Shown here piece by piece: positions 59,452 through 64,000 of a stretch of 64,000 nucleotides of DNA (the stretch's first letter is position 1; each line of letters opens with the position of its first letter). The position numbers and the translations under genes were made by a program. This DNA comes from Gemmatimonas sp. (GTDB lineage Bacteria; Gemmatimonadota; Gemmatimonadetes; Gemmatimonadales; Gemmatimonadaceae), in the NCBI GenBank assembly GCA_965279375.1, contig OZ257156.1, forward strand, positions 2,016,001-2,080,000. Reading direction: 5' to 3'. The notes under the pieces were generated by a model that saw only the letters and a program-made list of their open reading frames with translations, did no database searches and was not told where the DNA came from.

Positions 59452-59880
59452 TCAGGAGTGGATGTAGCTCTGCAGCTGCTCGATGGTCGACTCGTGATCG
59501 GCGATGATGTCGTCCATCAAGTCGCGAATGGAGATCATGCCGAGTACCGTGTCACCGTCCAGCACGGGGAGATGCCGGAACTTCTTGGCGCTCATGATTG
59601 CCATGCAGTCACGTGTGCGCGTTTGCGCCGTCACCGTGAAGACTTCTGAGCTCATGATTTCCGACACCAGCGTTTCCTTCGAGTTGCGTCCTTGGAGCGT
59701 GATCTTGCGCGTGTAGTCGCGCTCGGAGAAGACGCCGACGAGGCGGTCACCGTCGAGTACGAGCAGCGCGCCCACATCCAGTCGGGCCAGCGTGCTCAGT
59801 GCGTCGAAAACGGTTTGATCGGGACGAACGGCCCACAGGGTACCGTCGTGCTTCTTGAGCAGATCTGCAACGCTTTTCAT
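59452..59880 (-). CDS. CBS-domain protein
   Basis: LVGVFSERDY, FRHLPV, GMISIRDL. Confidence 0.9.
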   Translation of the reverse strand: MKSVADLLKKHDGTLWAVRPDQTVFDALSTLARLDVGALLVLDGDRLVGVFSERDYTRKITLQGRNSKETLVSEIMSSEVFTVTAQTRTRDCMAIMSAKKFRHLPVLDGDTVLGMISIRDLMDDIIADHESTIEQLQSYIHS

Positions 59881-60004
59881 GGCAGGCTCCCGGGGAGGGG
59901 CGGAGGGAGCCTAAAGCGTACGGCTCCCCGGGCGTTGGCGCCATACGGTTCCGCGAAGTGGCGGGGACGATAAACCCTCGCGCGGCGAGCGGCATCGTAT
60001 CAAC

Positions 60005-60601
60005 GTGTCGCTACCAATTCCGCTCGCCGTGAACCACTCTCCCCCTCGTGAGGCCCGGATCGACCCGACGGTGCTGGCCGCGCAGCGCGGAGAGGAGGCG
60101 GCCTTTGCGTTGCTCTATGACGCGCATTCGGCGCGCGTGTTTGCCCTGTGCCTGGGGCTGGCCGGCGATCGCGTGCTCGCCGGTGAGCTGGTACAGGACG
60201 TCTTCGTTCGCGTCTGGGAACGACTTGGCACCTTCCGCGGCGACAGCGCCTTCGGCACGTGGCTGCATCGCCTGGCTGTGAACGTGGTGCTGGAGTCGGA
60301 GCGGCGAGGGCGCCGTCGATCGCTGCGCGTGCAGGCCATGGCCGATCTCCGCGACGACACGCGGTTGGCGATGGGCAGCGTCCCGATCTCCGCGGCCGCG
60401 GGCGCGGACCCGGGGTTGTCGATGGACATGGAGACGGCGATCAGCCGCCTCCCAGCGGGCGCACGCACCGTTTTTGTGTTGCACGACATCGAAGGGTTCC
60501 AGCACGGCGAAATCGCCCAACAGCTTGGCATCGCCGAGGGCACCTCCAAGGCACATCTCTTTCGCGCACGTCGACACCTCCGGGAGATGCTTGGCCCATG
60601 A
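60005..60601 (+). CDS. ECF RNA polymerase sigma factor
   Basis: QDVFVRVW, F.TWLHRLA.N, EIA..LGI.EGTSK..LFRAR. Confidence 0.92.
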   Translation: MSLPIPLAVNHSPPREARIDPTVLAAQRGEEAAFALLYDAHSARVFALCLGLAGDRVLAGELVQDVFVRVWERLGTFRGDSAFGTWLHRLAVNVVLESERRGRRRSLRVQAMADLRDDTRLAMGSVPISAAAGADPGLSMDMETAISRLPAGARTVFVLHDIEGFQHGEIAQQLGIAEGTSKAHLFRARRHLREMLGP

Positions 60602-61173
60602 CCTGTCAGCAGCTTGACCAGCAGATCGCCGCGTACGTCGCGGGCGAGCTTTCCGAACACGACGCGCGGGCGCTTGAAGCGCACGCGAGTGCGTGCGAGG
60701 CATGTGAGCGCCGCCTCGATGCGGCCACAACTGTCACCGCGAGGTCGTTTGCACCACCGGCGCCTCCCGAGTTGCGCGACGAGACGCTGCGCGCGGTGCG
60801 GGAGCGGCGCGCGCAGGCTGCATCGTCTTCGCGTGAGCGTCGGCGTTGGATTGGTGCACTCACCGGTCTCGCCGCAGCGGCGGTGCTGGTGATTGCCGTC
60901 TTCTCGTCCCGTCGGGGGCCGGTGCCGGTAGCGGACACCACGCTTGCCGTCGCACTGCCGGACGGCCGTGATAGTGCGATGCAGCTGACGCCTGACATTT
61001 CCGCGGCAGACTCGGAGGCGAGGACGGAGTTTGCTGCGCTGGATGCAGCGGCCGCGGAGCTGCGTTCGGCGCTCGAAGGCGCGCCCAATGATCCGGAGCT
61101 TCGCGCCTTTCTCTCAGCGGTGATCGATCGTCGCGCTGAGCTGGCCCAGCGCGTGAAGGACGCAAGCCTGTGA
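60598..61173 (+). CDS. zf-HC2 anti-sigma factor
   Basis: HASACEAC, single TM helix; ATGA overlap with sigma. Confidence 0.85.
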   Translation: MTCQQLDQQIAAYVAGELSEHDARALEAHASACEACERRLDAATTVTARSFAPPAPPELRDETLRAVRERRAQAASSSRERRRWIGALTGLAAAAVLVIAVFSSRRGPVPVADTTLAVALPDGRDSAMQLTPDISAADSEARTEFAALDAAAAELRSALEGAPNDPELRAFLSAVIDRRAELAQRVKDASL

Positions 61174-62015
61174 CGACGCGGCGCTGGCAGGTCTTACTCG
61201 CATGCATCGGAGCGCTGTTGGGGCCGCGCGCGCTGCAGGCGCAGCAGGCAACACCGCTGCGAGGCTTCGCCGCTGCACCGGACGTGCGCATGCGGATTTT
61301 CGTGCCGACGGGTCGGGTGCGCGTTGGCGTGTGGGATCGCGACTCGATCGCGATCTCTGGCACGATCGGCAAGGCGTCGTCGATGTTCGGCGGCGGCACG
61401 CGGGCATACGTGAAGTTTGGCGTGGAGCCGCTGCGTACGGGTGACAGCAAGCTCGCAGAAGCGGACTGGGTGGTGACGATCCCTCGCAAGGCGCATCTAT
61501 GGGTGAAGTTGACCAACGGCGAGATCGAGACCGATGGGACGTCCGGTGAAACCGAGCTGTACGCGATCGGTGGGCGCATCACGGTGCGTCGTGCAAGCGG
61601 TGTCGTGTCGGTCGAGTCGATCGACGCAGCGGTCACGCTGGACGACGTGAGCGGAGACGTGCGCGTGCGTGGCGGAAAGGCCGCCGTGGTGTTGCGCAAC
61701 GTGCGTGGCACTGCATCGGTGGCCACGATCAGCGGACGTGTGAGCATCGCCGGCACGCGTGCGCCCGACTGTCGTGTGGAAACGATCGGCGGCGACATCG
61801 AGATCGATGCCGTACCCGACGGCGTCACCTGGGAGTTGCAGACGCATTCGGGCGCCATCGCGCTGCGTCTCGATGCCGCTCGTCTTCCCCTACTCGAATT
61901 GACCACACGCAGCGGCGTGCTGCAGTGGGACAAGCGCGGAGGGGACGCGCGCAACGGACGTGTCGTAGCGCGTTCGTTCAAGGGGGCGATCAGCGTGGGT
62001 TACAGAGCGAAGTAG
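61170..62015 (+). CDS. DUF4097-like beta-strand repeat exported protein
   Basis: Repeated T.SG.I/V units; GTGA overlap. Confidence 0.75.
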   Translation: MTTRRWQVLLACIGALLGPRALQAQQATPLRGFAAAPDVRMRIFVPTGRVRVGVWDRDSIAISGTIGKASSMFGGGTRAYVKFGVEPLRTGDSKLAEADWVVTIPRKAHLWVKLTNGEIETDGTSGETELYAIGGRITVRRASGVVSVESIDAAVTLDDVSGDVRVRGGKAAVVLRNVRGTASVATISGRVSIAGTRAPDCRVETIGGDIEIDAVPDGVTWELQTHSGAIALRLDAARLPLLELTTRSGVLQWDKRGGDARNGRVVARSFKGAISVGYRAK

Positions 62016-62112
62016 ACTCGAAGGCGAGTCGGAGTAAACGGCAAGCCGCATCGTGTCATCAAACCGGCGTAGGTACTGAACGTTCGTGTTCACCCCTTTG
62101 CCGGAGCCGACC

Positions 62113-62619
62113 ATGCTTCAACTCGCTAACCGACTGCTGCAGCGCGCCACGATACCAATGGCACTCGCTGCCACGATGGGATTCACCAGCCGCATGGGGC
62201 CACCGCGCGTGCATGTCGCGCCGGTGACCGACGCAGCGCTGGCCGCCTCGGGTGCTGTGCTTCAAATCGATGGTGCGCATCATGATGGAGTGGACGCGCT
62301 CACTGTGACCGGGCGAATGCTCATCACCGTGGACGGACGTCGCAACTTCAAGCCGATGACACTCGTGCGCCGGAGACCCGGTCACTACACCGTGACGCGG
62401 CAGTGGCCGGTGGGCACGCCGTCGGTGCTTGTGTTTGCTGCAGAGCAGGGGCCAAACGGCTCGCATGGCGTCGCCGAGGCGATCGTCGCGATCGATGCCA
62501 AGGGAGCGATCGTGTCGACGGACTATCCGGCGGCGGGGTGGATCACCAACACCGACATCCCCAAGCGGCTCACGGACCGCGAGGTGGTATCGGCGCTGTC
62601 GGCGATCCCGGTGCGCTGA
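62113..62619 (+). CDS. Hypothetical exported protein
   Basis: GGAG SD, signal-like N-terminus. Confidence 0.6.
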   Translation: MLQLANRLLQRATIPMALAATMGFTSRMGPPRVHVAPVTDAALAASGAVLQIDGAHHDGVDALTVTGRMLITVDGRRNFKPMTLVRRRPGHYTVTRQWPVGTPSVLVFAAEQGPNGSHGVAEAIVAIDAKGAIVSTDYPAAGWITNTDIPKRLTDREVVSALSAIPVR

Positions 62620-62725
62620 TTTTCGACGCGGATTCGTATCATCAGCGCCACGGCCACCACCTTCTTGCCGTTCCTGCCTATTTTGCACGATCACCGAATG
62701 TGGTCCGTACTCATTCTCAGGTGTC

Positions 62726-64000
62726 GTGCTCCTTTCTCCTCTGATCACTCTGGCGGCGGGACTCTCCACGGCGCAGCTGCCGCCCGTGAGCGTCGACTCC
62801 ACCGGAATCGTGCAGGGTCGCGTCGTCGAGGCTACGACGGGACTTCCTGTGGCCTCGGCGTCGGTCGTATTGCGAGGGACGCGGACCGGTACCGCGAGTC
62901 GAGACGATGGTCGCTTTGTGCTCGCTCGCGTACCCGCGGGCTCCGCGGCGATCATCGTGGGGCGCATCGGATATCGCACTGATACGCTGCTCGTCACCGT
63001 GCGGCGTGGAGACACGACCACGCTCACGGCGACGCTGCAGCCGTCCACTGCGCAGCTGCAGACGGTGCAAGTCGCGGCGGCTGCGACGGAACGCGAGCAG
63101 TTTCGCCTGTCGGCCGGACCCGGCGTCGTCAGTGTGCGCGGCGAAACGCTCAAGCGCGTGCCGGTCATCGGCGAGCCCGATGTACTGCGCGTGGTGCAAT
63201 TGCTCCCCGGCGTCGTGGCGACCAACGACTTCACGGCGGGCTACAATGTGCGCGGTGGTGAGAGCGACCAGAATCTCGTATTGCTCGACGGATTCCCGAT
63301 CTACAATCCATTCCATCTGGGCGGCCTCTTCGGGACGTTCATCGATGAAACGGTGGGCGAATTCGAGCTGATCCCCGGCGGGTTTCCCGCACGGTACGGC
63401 TCGCGATTGTCGAGCGTGCTCAGTGTCGTACCCAAGGAAGAAGCGCGCAGCGGAGTGCACGGCGCGGCCTCGGTGTCCCTGTTGGCGAGCACGCTGTCCC
63501 TGGGCGGCACGGTGCGTGGCGCGACGAGCTGGAACGTGGCTGCGCGCCGCACGTATGCCGATCGATTTGTCGCGCTGCTGAGCGAACAGCAACTGCCTTA
63601 CTACTTCACCGATATGCAAGCGCATCTGCGTCATCGGCTGCGCAACGGCGGCGTGCTGTCGGTGACGGCCTACGGCGGCCAGGATGTGCTCGATGCATCG
63701 CTGGCGTCGTTCGGCGACTCCACGCAGGCCGGCGGCGGAAACCTGCGATTCGACTGGGGCAACTCCCTGCTCGGCGTGGCGTACACACAACCGCTCGGCG
63801 CACGATGGGGCGGCGACTCCACGCGCGTCATGCAGCGCCTCTCATTCACCGGCTTTGGCACGAAGCTCGATCTCGGCTCTGGTGCGCTGCGCTTCGTGAA
63901 TCGTTTGCGCGACTCGCGCGCATGGGGCGAGCTGTCGCGCTGGCGCGGCGCGCACGAGACGCTGTTGGGTTATGAGTTTTCCGCGCTGCGTACTAGGTAC
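62726..64000 (+). CDS. TonB-dependent receptor, runs off the window end; not in ORF track
   Basis: Read by hand: VQGRVVEA.TG.PV; plug GEPDVLRVVQLLPGV..YNVRGGESDQNLVLLDG; GTG start inferred. Confidence 0.85.
   Translation, partial: MLLSPLITLAAGLSTAQLPPVSVDSTGIVQGRVVEATTGLPVASASVVLRGTRTGTASRDDGRFVLARVPAGSAAIIVGRIGYRTDTLLVTVRRGDTTTLTATLQPSTAQLQTVQVAAAATEREQFRLSAGPGVVSVRGETLKRVPVIGEPDVLRVVQLLPGVVATNDFTAGYNVRGGESDQNLVLLDGFPIYNPFHLGGLFGTFIDETVGEFELIPGGFPARYGSRLSSVLSVVPKEEARSGVHGAASVSLLASTLSLGGTVRGATSWNVAARRTYADRFVALLSEQQLPYYFTDMQAHLRHRLRNGGVLSVTAYGGQDVLDASLASFGDSTQAGGGNLRFDWGNSLLGVAYTQPLGARWGGDSTRVMQRLSFTGFGTKLDLGSGALRFVNRLRDSRAWGELSRWRGAHETLLGYEFSALRTRY

Overview
High-GC bacterial chromosome segment. 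The gene content and protein style suggest Gemmatimonadota (inference, not a database result). 1-15.6 kb is metabolic: two M20 peptidases, class I fumarase, a SolA-type oxidase, an FMN-binding/ApbE/RnfD-like flavinylation module, flavocytochrome c sulfide dehydrogenase, paaABCD and an enoyl-CoA hydratase. 15.6-40.9 kb is the most interesting part: a ~25 kb island of 12 exported proteins, nine with lipoboxes, built from shared modules. These are an unnamed head domain (x3), cohesin-like domains (x5), one dockerin-like domain, Cys-paired Ig-like repeats and beta-helix domains (x2). The island also encodes a TonB-dependent receptor, an OmpA-like protein, a cyclophilin and a zinc protease. A c-di-GMP-I (GEMM) riboswitch with a 70-nt P3 insertion precedes the apparent major subunit. 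A degenerate copy of the 3' end of the enoyl-CoA hydratase gene brackets the island. 41-46.5 kb is a defence patch with three toxin-antitoxin pairs (one toxin missing from the ORF track, apparently ATT-initiated) and an MmeI-like R-M gene split by a 1-nt frameshift. 48.5-59.4 kb looks like a cell-wall scavenging cluster (TBDR, NamZ, phosphodiester glycosidase, serine hydrolases, putative glycosidase). The window ends with an ECF sigma/anti-sigma operon and a partial TBDR. No rRNA, tRNA, CRISPR, integrase or transposase was seen. All family calls come from motif recognition by eye.
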